Shown here: positions 24,937 to 35,275 of the stretch, piece after piece
Position numbering within the stretch: the first letter of the stretch is position 1
Layout of the letters: the number at the start of each line of letters is the position of its first letter
Assembly: GCA_051942205.1 (NCBI GenBank)
Contig: JAVECO010000123.1
Location: forward strand, 1-64,000
Length of the DNA stretch: 64,000 nt
Reading direction: 5' to 3'
DNA from: Coniocarpon cinnabarinum
Lineage: Eukaryota
Notes under the pieces: model-generated
Database searches by the model: none
The model's input: only the letters and a program-made list of their open reading frames with translations
What the model was told of the DNA's origin: nothing
Made by a program: the position numbers and the translations under genes

Positions 24937-26422
24937 TCAAGGATCATGCCAAGTCATTTCAAGCAATGCCATTGCAGAGGCGTGATTCTGATGGAGCTGC
25001 ACCACGCGGAAGCGTGAATCAGCCCTTTTGAAGAGTGATATCCATTGCTCGAGACTTCGCAGACCTGCATTGAAAAGCGCTAACATAGTGAGATCAAACG
25101 CACTGTGTTACATCAGCGAACTGAAGAGTCCTATGGTGATATATTGAAATATACCACAAAGCTCGAGCCTGAGACTTATTCTCAAAATGATGTTCTTGCA
25201 GGACGTAATCATTCACTAAAATGGTAGCGCCATGTTTCAAAGCGGGCGTAAGATTTTTCAGAATGTTGATGGCTTGTTTGTCTGCCCAGTCATGTAGAAC
25301 GTTTCTGAGCAAGTAGACATCGGCATTTGCGACTGGCTGTGGTTTTGTAATGAAATCATATTCAACAAATTGGACTCGCCTGGCAAGCTCCGCTGGGAGC
25401 GTTTCTCGACCATGTTTGATTGGATCTGCGAGGTCTTCTACTACACAACGAATCTCTGGATGATTATCAGCCACGTGTCTTGCTACGAGGCCACTGTTCC
25501 CTCCAACATCGACGAATAGGCCGTCACCCACAGCAGAGAAGTCGAAGTCTTTGGTCAAATAGGTGACATCCGTGCCACGAACAGAGTCTTGCCAGTTCAT
25601 TGCGTCCGCGAAACGTATAGATCTCGATGAATCCTTGGAGAGCTCATCAAAGAATGAATTACTCGTGTTGTGAGCCAAATTAAATCCCTTTGAGGTCGTG
25701 AGCCAGCATTGAATTGGAGTATCCACAAACGAGCTTACGGTTTCATTTGGCGCCGCTGTCGCTGGCCATGTTGACACGGCTTTCACGGTCTGCGATTGTG
25801 TGAGCAATGAAAAATCGCTGCAGGACGGCCGAAACTTATACCTTGGATGCGGCCGGCCACATTTCATACAACACCAAACCTACGAATTGCCGCAAGGAGT
25901 GATCAGTTGCTAGCCTTCTTGACGCCGCAGAATGCTCTACATGGCCGCTACTATTTTCTATGAAGATATAATTTGAAATGCATTGCCTCATGAACCGCTT
26001 GAGCAGCGAGACATTCAATGCGCTTGCATGAGCCAAGTCGTCATAAGTGATCGATGCACCTTGTTCCAAAGGTACCTGGAGATCTATGTTGAATTCCCAG
26101 ATAGCTTTTAAACCAAGCCAATGGTTGTGCTAACGTGACAATCAGGCGTCGATACAAGGGTTGCTGTGAAGCATGGGACAGGAGCATATCAGCTTACAGG
26201 CGGAGATGTAAGTATGCCAACAGGGCCGAGCATCATGGCGTGCAGCTCGGCGGTGGCTTCCAGGACTCTTTTCCGTGCATCGGCCAAATCACTAAAAACC
26301 TCGTCTGGTAGGCCCCTTTCAATTGACACATCATGAAGGCAACGAGACTGGATGAAGTTTTCTATGAGCTTCGTATTTTCAGATATTGTGCTGGCTAAGG
26401 TGCCGACGGTTGAATTCGACAT
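24937..26422 (-). CDS. SAM-dependent O-methyltransferase (OmtA/COMT-like, Methyltransf_2)
   Basis: ATG 26422. HTH dimerisation region, FVDVGGNSG, YDFIT..PV.NADVYLLRNVLHDW. Last exon AFDLTMLALFNAGLRS..W...LEMTWHDP* (stop 24937-24939). Several GT-AG introns. Confidence 0.9.
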
Positions 26423-27103
26423 GCTCAATGTACATCAGGGCTGTCGCAAAGAGACATCTGCTAGATGGTAAGGCACTTCGTATTCGATAAGAAACACTCC
26501 TTTACTCGGTTAGAGTTATTCGATATTATTGAAAGAAAGATCGTACCATGTCCTTGGTATTACTGATAAGCGCAGCGTTTTCGTCCCGGACAAGTGGGGT
26601 TTTCATGCAAGAAAACGTTGGCAGCTAGCAACCTTGCATGAATGTAGCACTAGCGGCGCAAGCTGCATCAGCTGTGGATCTTCGTCTCTCCACTCAACCC
26701 CGCAAACATACTTTTGGATGCCTCGTGGTTGCCTACGGGGCGGACCCCCACCAGCGGCTTGCGAACACGCAAAAAGACTCGGCGGCGTGCCGAGAAAGGA
26801 TGGTCCACACTCTTCCGCGAGCTAATGCAGACTGCATGAGTAAGGCGTCAATGCATACTCGAACCCACGCCTCAAAGTCTCTCAACACTGCTGAATCTCT
26901 CCGAGTGTGCACAGTTTACAGATGTACAAAGGCAGCTGTCGCCTGGGCGCGACTGGTGCAAATCGTTGTAGAGCAAAATTGCCACATGGAGCGCTCCTGG
27001 GTTTTGCACTGACAGCTCCGGCAGGCCAGTTCCAAGATTTTGAGGGCATCAATCCTGGACGCAGTTGCGAAAAAGCCCTATCGTCTGGTCAAAATCTTCC
27101 AAC

Positions 27104-27991
27104 ATGATCGCTAACCCTTTCAATAAGATGTCTGTAAAATATACACCTCTTTCAAACACGAACGATGAAGACAAACGAGACATCCCATCCCAGTTTCCTC
27201 CGAAACAGACGTCCAAGGCGAGAATATTGTTCGTAGTGATGTTGTTTCTGTCTGCGATTGCGACTGGCTTTTATTTCGGCCAGCGGTCAATGATGGATCG
27301 TGTATCGAGCCTTCACATCCCACGTCGGTGATCATGAAACGACCTCAGCCTGCATCCGAGGTATTCTAACAGAAGAGCAGTACCCATGGAGTCCCGGACT
27401 TTCGTGTATCAACGCGTCTTTGGCGAGCGCCCATCAGATGCGTCAGACCAAGTATGGCAAGACATGTTTCCCGAGCAAGGAGGATTTTTCAGGCATCCAA
27501 ATCTTGCACCTAAGCGCTCTGCGCTTTCTGTTTTCCATCAACTGCACTGTCTGGTAAGTTGCCGCCCTGAGCTTCTTAAGGTGGGAGGAACCTAGGGCTC
27601 TGACTGGTCATTACAGAATGGCATTCGCCAAGGCTACTGGGCACTTTACGATAAGGCGACAGCTGGGGCACGTGTGACTGAGGATGACTTGCCCATGATG
27701 TCTAGCCCCTCCCACATTCGACACTGTATCGACCTACTGAGAAACGCCCTGATGTGCAAAGCCGACACGACGATTGAGGTCAAAAATGAAACGCTAGGTG
27801 GTGTGACGGGATTTGGCACAGAACATCGCTGCGTGCAGTGGGACGTGCTCATGAACTGGGTATCTGACTGGGAAGCCTATGGACAAGATCCCGAGACATC
27901 TGCAAAAGCTGCAGAGCAGCATCTTCATGGCACTGCTCTTTCAGGCCATTCAGAGCACGAAAGCCATGACATAAGCAGCGGCTCTCCATGA
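27104..27991 (+). CDS. DUF3328/UstYa-family oxidase 1
   Basis: Introns 27324-27380 and 27554-27616. One N-terminal TM helix, motifs SVFHQLHCL and SHIRHCIDLLRNALMCKADTTIE, and GFGTEHRCVQW. Confidence 0.93.
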
Positions 27992-28030
27992 GATTGGTGA
28001 GCAGGTGAGTCACGAAACGTGGAGGAAGCA

Positions 28031-28927
28031 TCACGACTTGTGCAGCGGATTTTGAAGCCGCTCGATCTCCTCATCTGAGATCACGCGCTCTGCAACCGAG
28101 CCCATCAGACGATCCCAATCTACGCAACGGTGCACCGACTCGCTCGCATCGAACATGGGCTTTGCGGAGCTTGCGGTCCATTTGAACACGGTCAGCGACC
28201 GATCTGCATGGCAGATAGATGACGCCCTAAGCATCTCGAAGCAATGATCTGTCGTTCGTCAGTGTTTGAGACATTGCAGAGCGCGACGCGGAACGTGCCT
28301 GCGTGCGAAGCCATGTGCGCGTGTTCTTCGCTGGTTAAATTGGGATGATAATGGTCTCGATAGTTCCATTGTCGCAACATTTTCTGGTTCGGACGACGCG
28401 TCAGTGGCTCTGAGGCTTGACAACGGGTTGAGTTGAGGGCTTACGATGCAATGCAGCTCATGAAAGACTCCTAGCCATACAAGGTATCCGTCATGTTCCT
28501 TCAACGCCACCGATGTTTGACCAGTACTCTCAATCTCTTCCTTCGACACTCGGATGTTCATAGGCTTGAGCATTTTTTTCCATGCATCGTCGATGCTTTG
28601 ATCAGGCGCTGGACCCGCAAAGGGACTTTGCGACAAGTTGTGAAATACCACGTTTTGCTGCTTAATGTCAAGGTTCTTTACCGCCTCCGCCTCTTTAGCG
28701 CACGACTCCCATGATATGCCTTGTAATATGACAGCGTATATGATTATGTTGCAGATCAAAATGAAAGTATGCGCAAGAAGCGTCCTCGAGCAAAAGTTGA
28801 CAGACTTGGTTCCCGGTGACCCGAAGACTTTCTCCTGTGCTCCTTCACTGAATGGTTTTTCGATGAGTAGTTGTGAATGTTGTGATTCCGAGAACTCCAG
28901 ATCATCTTCGAAATGAGATGATGACAT
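28031..28927 (-). CDS. DUF3328/UstYa-family oxidase 2
   Basis: Introns 28384-28444 (GT-AG) and 28249-28298 (GC-AG). TM helix, then GVFHELHCI and SHADHCFEMLRASSICHAD, and HRCVDWDRL. Confidence 0.92.
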
Positions 28928-29626
28928 GAATAGCGGGATGACAACGGGTCATACGTCTGCAAGTGAAGTTGAATGCGCGAAGCGAAAGTTAGCGGCGTTG
29001 CTGGTCTTCAGTCTACGCAGTGAGCCTCTACGATGATGAGATTTCAATTCTCCAAGCTATGAGTATGGTGACCAAGACCCCGTGTACCTCATAAGATGCT
29101 TAATCATGATACTGCAAAGTACTGTCCTACAAGGCCCTTGCGGTCAAAATGTCAGCACAGGTCCTTCGACAGTGGAACACGAAATCTCCAGTGCCCTGGC
29201 CGCGAGGAAATCTTTTCCCATCCTGTGGCCCCAGACTTGAGACCAGTTTACAGAGACAAGCGCCACTGCAGCTAGAGCTCTGATGGCCTGCCCATTGCAG
29301 TCAATGATGCGAGCTGGAGGTGGCATCTCGCATGCTGCTATCAGAGCTCTCGAGCGCCACAGTTGCCCAGCCATGCAAGGCAGAAAGCCGTCTGCGTGAC
29401 TTCAGCACTGGCCTATCTGACAGTCGCACATCCAAATGATAGACCGAGTGGTACGCTTCATGGCGCAGATTAGCCGGTGGTAAAGGTTGGCAATGGCTCT
29501 GCATGTCGATCCAGGGTTCTTGAAGCCAACGCGCAAGGTTTGCTGTCGTAGCTCGCTGCTGTGACTTGGTCAATCTTTGCCCATGATTGGAAACTTTTTT
29601 TTCCAAGGATCCCTGCACGGCGTTTC

Positions 29627-29649
29627 TGACAGCTCTGAAGGAGCTGTCA
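29627..29649. promoter_or_regulatory. Candidate cis-element: TGACAGCTC-N5-GAGCTGTCA inverted repeat in the precursor/DUF3328-2 divergent promoter
   Basis: Perfect 9-bp inverted repeat. The 10-mer CTGACAGCTC also occurs at 27009-27018, in the OMT/DUF3328-1 divergent promoter. Confidence 0.3.
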
Positions 29650-29942
29650 AGAAAGCGGTGTGTCGACTTTCCGGAGGATCGCGCTAGACTGCTTCAGCTC
29701 GCTTGTGATGGCCTATCTATCAGGAGGATTGCATGCTCTGCGGTGAAAAGGGCAGCTGCAGTCGAAGCTCAGCGCGTGTGGCAAACCCAAAGGCCAGACC
29801 CATCCCGCTGTGTGGAAAACCCCTACAAATACCAGTCTCAGCGTTCAAGACATTGGAATACCGTACTGTGCTCAACCCATCTCGTCAGCTGCCGTGTTTA
29901 TCAGTCAGTCCGTCTTGACTGAACTCAGAAAGAAACACAATA

Positions 29943-30294
29943 ATGCGTTTCACGTTTGCGGTTCTGTGCCTGCAGGCACTCGGCGTCTTCGCAGCACCAT
30001 TGACTACACGTTCTGGTATGTCTATCCGCAACGAACAATCCCTGCATTAAATGCTCATCGTAAACAGAAGAGGCGATAGCCTATCCTGATTCCTACAAGA
30101 GAAGCGACGACGCCGTGGCTTACCCTGATTCCTACAAGCGAAGCGACGACGCTGTAGCCTACCCCGATTCCTACAAGCGAAGCGACGACGCTGTGGCCTA
30201 CCCTGACTCTTATAAGCGAAGTGACGACGCCGTGGCCTATCCTGATTCTTACAAAAGAAGCGATGACGCTGTGACCTACCCTGACTCTTACTAG
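29943..30294 (+). CDS. Multicore RiPP precursor peptide (Kex2-processed repeat protein), 99 aa
   Basis: Exons 29943-30015 and 30068-30294 (intron GTATGT...TAAACAG, 52 nt) total 300 nt: MRFTFAVLCLQALGVFAAPLTTRSEEAIAYPDSYKR(SDDAVAYPDSYKR)x4SDDAVTYPDSY*. Confidence 0.93.
30068..30291 (+). repeat. 39-bp coding tandem repeat, 6 units
   Basis: Units start at 30103, 30142, 30181, 30220 and 30259, plus a first unit spanning the splice junction. The period is exactly 13 codons. Confidence 0.97.
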
Positions 30295-30789
30295 CATCAA
30301 GTAACACGACAGGTGCTGTCAACGAGCGCGTTGGAAATACACTTGAGGTTGCAATGAGCTTGGTCTGCAGCGTTTGCAGAACGAACAGTCAGCTAGGGGT
30401 TACTCTGGTATGATGATGAGGAGGAGGAGAGGCATTTTTACATGAGAACCATGTTTATAGCTAGGAAAGTGACCTCGTCGCGCTGTCATTATTCTTGTCT
30501 TTCGTGGGATTTAAATTTCGAGAGCCGGTAATGCCTTGCCCTTGCGCAACTTTGACAACATCACAGCTCCGTGGGCAAGTCCTGGCGTGCGAAGACAGCT
30601 TGTAACAAAAGGCGAATGAGCCAGAGCGCTCGCAGAACCCACCAAAAGAGGCCTGGTCGGGGATCGTCAAGACATTTTTTGCACTTCGGTTCTAGAATTA
30701 AACAAATTTGCCTCGAAGACCAAGATTATGAGCCTGTATCTGTGTAAATAACCAAGCCCTATAGGGATCTCAAACGGTGAGCAGAGGCG

Positions 30790-32095
30790 TCAGAGTCCGT
30801 TTGATTTCAAGAACGATATCATCTGGCTGAATGCTAGCCCAGCATTCTTGTGGGCATTGATGACGTGACCGGTGTCTGGAACGAGATATGAGTCGCTTTG
30901 TGATGCTGCGGGATAGAAAGCTGTCCGATATGCCTGTGCTCTATTGCCAGGCTTGCTGCAGTCTCCAAGGCAGAATGAGAAATCGTTGAAACCATCCACG
31001 ACGTCTACTGGCCCCTTGTAGTTAGGTGCAGCAGTAAAGATAAGGGGCAGAGTGAAGAGCTCCCCCAGCGAGTACGTAGCGCGACTTTCGAACACTTTTT
31101 CGAACACTACATTAAATGTTAGCAATGCACTGTTCAACAAGAGATGTAAAAGGAGTCCGAAACAAGGCAGGTTGGGACAACGAACCCGCGATGTCAAAGA
31201 AAGGGTAGCGGAAGAATGGCTGCTGCACCGAGATCATGGTTGGATTAATGAAGTATGCGTTTGACAGAGATCCAAACTTAGTCGCATTGACGGTGTTTGC
31301 AATGGCTGGGTTGTTGGCAAGTTGCGTGTCTGAAAGATATTCAATCGTATCCGAGATACCTGTCGCGAGCACCGCAGCACACTCGTCGGGATACTTGGTG
31401 TCATGTCCGGCCTGAATGATCGAGCCAAAGGAGTGTGCTGTACAGACTACTTTCTCGAATTTCTGCAGTCCAATGCTTCCGTCGTGAAGCGCCTTGATGA
31501 GTTGATGCAGAAGTTCAACCTCGAGGCTCGATTGTAAAACATTGATGGGATCTGGGTGCTGTGAGGCACCGACGCCTAGGCGATCGTATGCCAGAGTTGC
31601 ATACCCAGCACACGCCGCGGCGTCTACATAGCTGTTTGAGGGTGCGATGTCCCAATAACTCTTATCGAGGCCAACGCCATGCGTGAGGATCTGGACAGTA
31701 CTGACTTGCGATGCCGAAGTCACATTGGCTGGATAACACAGCTGAACAGCCAAGTCGTATGTGCCGCTAATAGTTTGGACGCCTGCAGTGTTCGCAGGCA
31801 CAAGGGTGGAGTTGATCTGAAGGAGCTCCTGTATAAGCTCTGTAGCAGCAAATTGATTCGCTGGCGGTTGAATGGTAAATTTCTGGTTCGTTGCGCTTGC
31901 GGTCACAGACACCTGCCCCGACACGCACAAGGCGTGACCACCTTTCGAGCTTGAGAGGGACAAGTTGTGGAACGTGCGAGAAGCTGTATCTGAGTGCGCC
32001 AAATCCGAGAGACTTGAACCTATCGTTGTGGAAGCTTGACAAAGAAGAACGAGGGCGCAGAGCAGCATGTACAGGAAGCACCCAAACGCCGCCAT
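30790..32095 (-). CDS. Secreted alpha/beta-hydrolase
   Basis: Signal peptide MAAFGCFLYMLLCALVLLCQA, LTHGVGLDKSYW, YDRLGVGAS, nucleophile elbow AHSFGS, candidate Asp (GFNDFSFC) and His (DTGHVINAH). Intron 31107-31185. Confidence 0.88.
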
Positions 32096-32906
32096 GGTGC
32101 TGTAGAATTGTGAGATTCCATCTACTGAGCCATGAAAGCAGACATAAGAGAGCAAGAAACGAGGTCTGTTCGTGGAATGGGCAGCCTCGTGGCAGTTTGA
32201 GACTGAGCCGTGTCGCTCTACTAGCCTACACCATTGAACTCACCTTGTCAACGACTTTTACTGACTTAGGACCATTGCACTCGTGGAACAGGCTTAGGTG
32301 CTCGGCTGCCCAGGCTCTACCTAGTCAGGGGCTAATTGCCGCGCTAAGCCGCAACCGGCAACTGCTTCATGGTTCTCCCCGTCGGGACTAGTGCGGATAT
32401 TCGACCCTGAGTCACATGCCGTCGTTCCCAACCCCACAGCCCTCCCGCTCAACATCCTGCACCAAGGTCACTCCCGGATCTCAGTCGAGACGACGAGCCT
32501 GCACGAGGAGGAAGGTTAGGGTCGCGAACATATGGATGCAGCGTCGAAAAACTCTCCACTTTAAGAGGTGCTCAGTCTGGCAAGTGCTCTTGCGGCCCTG
32601 CTGCTATTCTTCCCCTTGGTCAGCCTTCTGGTTTCCAAGTACGTACCTTTCTGCGGGGCGTATGATTGGATTTCCATGGGCGAGGCTGCATTGCAACGTC
32701 GACCATGTCGTGCTCACCGTGTGCGGCATGCCCAGCGTTGGCCCAGCGTTGGCGCGCCTTGGGCCCCTGCGCTTTCCGTGCGATTCAAATCACAATGAAT
32801 GTCACGAACGAAACATGCGACACGAACATCGAAGCCTGTCATGAATGACCTTGTGGAGTCGGATAAGCTGTCGAGAGACCGCTCTGAAAACTCGGGGTCT
32901 GCTGCT

Positions 32907-34610
32907 ATGCGAGCAAAACCTTCGCGCAGATTGTTCCTAGCAGTAGACAATGTCTGGTGAGCTTACGATGGTGCATGTCTGTTGCGCAAGCCAGGTTTAA
33001 CATAGCAAGGTAAGGGAGTGGGTGGCAAATGTCTCCTGCGCTTCTCCGATACAGCCTGTACTTAATATGGGCTTGGGTTTCATGTCGGTGTTCTCTTTGG
33101 CGCTAAAAGACGCAGCGCTGATCGCAGACCAGCGAGTTCAATCCACCACCTTTCCTTGTCGATGCCTTTAAAAAAGCATTGAGTGACGTGAGCACAAACC
33201 AATACGGTCCCACTTTTGTAGGCATTTCTGAACAATTATGTGATTGCTTTTCTGACAGGACAGGGCCGTCCGCAACTGAAAGATGCAATAGCAAACTCTT
33301 ACTCAGCCGTATATGGCAAAAGCTTAGACAAAGATGAGAACATTGCGGTCACTTCTGGCGCGACCGCCGGTCTGCTCAGCGTATTCGAAGCGTTCTTGGA
33401 AGCTGACGACGAGGTCATCGTCCTTCAGCCAGTCTTCAATCTGTAGGGACTTATGTCTTCAAAGAACAACTCGCTCCTCATGGTTGTGGCATTGTTGATC
33501 TCATTGCAGGTACTTGTACCTCTTGCAATTTGTCTACGCGAAAGTCAAGACCGTTGATCTGAAGCCGCCATCTGAGACTGGTAGTAGCTACGCGGGAGAA
33601 TGGACTGTGGATATAAACGAGCTGAGGCGCTGCATAACTCCGCGTACGAAGATGCTTGTGCGATCTACGCCGCGCGCTCTCAAGCGAACGTGACTGATCG
33701 CGTATAGATTATCAACACACCGTATGTTGTCTGCCCCTGCATGAGAGATTCCGTCGACAGCACTCGCTCACCAAGTAACTCAAACAAAGACACAACCCCC
33801 TGGGAAAAGTCTTTGCACTTGAAGAACTGCAGGCAATTGGCAATGTCTGTGTAGAGCATGGTGTACTTATTGTATCCGATGAAGTGTACGAGCGTGTTGT
33901 TTTTGAAGGAATATTTCCACGAATGGCCTTGTGTTCCAACGCCATCGCTCAACACACTTTAACTCTAGGCTCCGTCGGCAAGTCCTTCAACGCAACCGGC
34001 TGGCGCGTTGGATACGTCGTTGGACCGCCGACACTTATTCAGTACGTTCAATGGTCGCACGCTCTGCTTTGCTACGTGACTTCGGGTCCGGCCCAAGCCG
34101 CTGCAGTCGCCGGCTTTCAAGAGACTTCAGAAGCAGAGAGATTTTGGGCAGAGAATGAGCTGCATATCAAAAAGAATGTTGACAAATTTTGCATGTTTCT
34201 GGATATCATGGGCTTGCCAGTACGATCCTAAACAGTCTTGTAATGCTCTCGGGGCTAACCAGCATAGTACGTCAAACCTTCCGCGGCCTATTTCGTATAT
34301 GTCAATGTGAGTCGAGTACAACTACCGCAAGGCGACTTCTTCCCGCAGGACGTGGCTCGGAAACCTCCTGACTGGCAGTTTTGCTGGTGGCTCATCAATG
34401 TCCTGGGAGTGTCTTGCATCCCAGGAAGCGGTAAGGCTCACCAACAACATCTTACGCATCATAACTGATGCGGGCCTCACAGCATTCTACAGTGAGGGCC
34501 AATCCCAACTATCAGGGACTTATGTCAGATTCACAGTTTGCAAGACCGATGAGGACCTCGACGTTGCTATAGAACGGTTGCGCGGGCTAAACGCTTACAT
34601 GCAGGAGTGA
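32907..34610 (+). CDS. PLP-dependent aminotransferase class I/II (kynurenine aminotransferase/Bna3-like), many short exons; start 32841 or 32907
   Basis: PVLNMGLGF..FNPP, NQYGPT|GRPQLKDAIA, VTSGAT, HNPLGKVF, SDEVYE, PLP-lysine motif SVGKSFNATGWRVGY, and YVRFTVCK. Confidence 0.88.
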
Positions 34611-35275
34611 AATCGACTCAGATCGACAGTAGGCAGCGATAAGTATCGGCGAAATGGCAGTCAATACAACAAAGCGCCGTGGCGCTCTGCCATGGTTGCA
34701 TGCAGCTTCGCTCGGCGTACGGTGCATGTGGCGCGCTCTCGCACACAACGATTGGTTGAGCACGGCATCCTCATCGCCCCCACATTCCCGACTCGTTGAC
34801 TAAATGATCCATGCGCACTCGCTCGCACTCCTATCATGCTGATCCACGATAAACTTACCCAACGACTTTGCATGTCTTCGATGCAAGCGCCCTGCGGCGC
34901 AGCTGACGGCGCTACGCCCGCGCCCTGCGTAACAACCCTTCTTTGTTGCTCACCCGCCAGATTACTTGTGGCCCCCCCGCACTGTCCAGAGGTCGCTCGT
35001 CGGAGCCAATCTGCCCGTCAAGAGGAAACTGTCTAGAAATAGCCTTTTCTAGACATCCATGCATTTCCTGCCGTGTGCTCCCGTTATCCGAAGTCCTCAT
35101 AGGCGAAATGAGCCCTCTGGATGCATTCTCGCCGTGTTCGCCGAAGGGGCGCTTTTGACAGCGGCTGTATATATTTACCTGAGCACTGCGCAAGAACGTC
35201 AGATGGATTTGTCCGTGATTTGATCGCCACGTGAACAGACGCTCTCCCCCTGTTGTTGCTTCACATTCTCTTCCA

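Noticed and set aside
30068..30291. 39-bp repeats as a CRISPR array or non-coding minisatellite
   Set aside because: There are no unique spacers, the context is eukaryotic, the period is a multiple of 3, and variation is concentrated at synonymous positions of one reading frame.
29943..30294. Alpha-factor-like mating pheromone precursor
   Set aside because: It is also a Kex2 repeat protein, but the units lack the WC..GQ.CW-type pheromone sequence and clean X-A/X-P spacers after KR, and the gene sits next to two DUF3328 oxidases.
30047..30322. Minus-strand repetitive ORFs (RRRFACRN..., VVASLVGI...)
   Set aside because: Antisense shadows of the precursor repeat; only the + frame is conserved at protein level.
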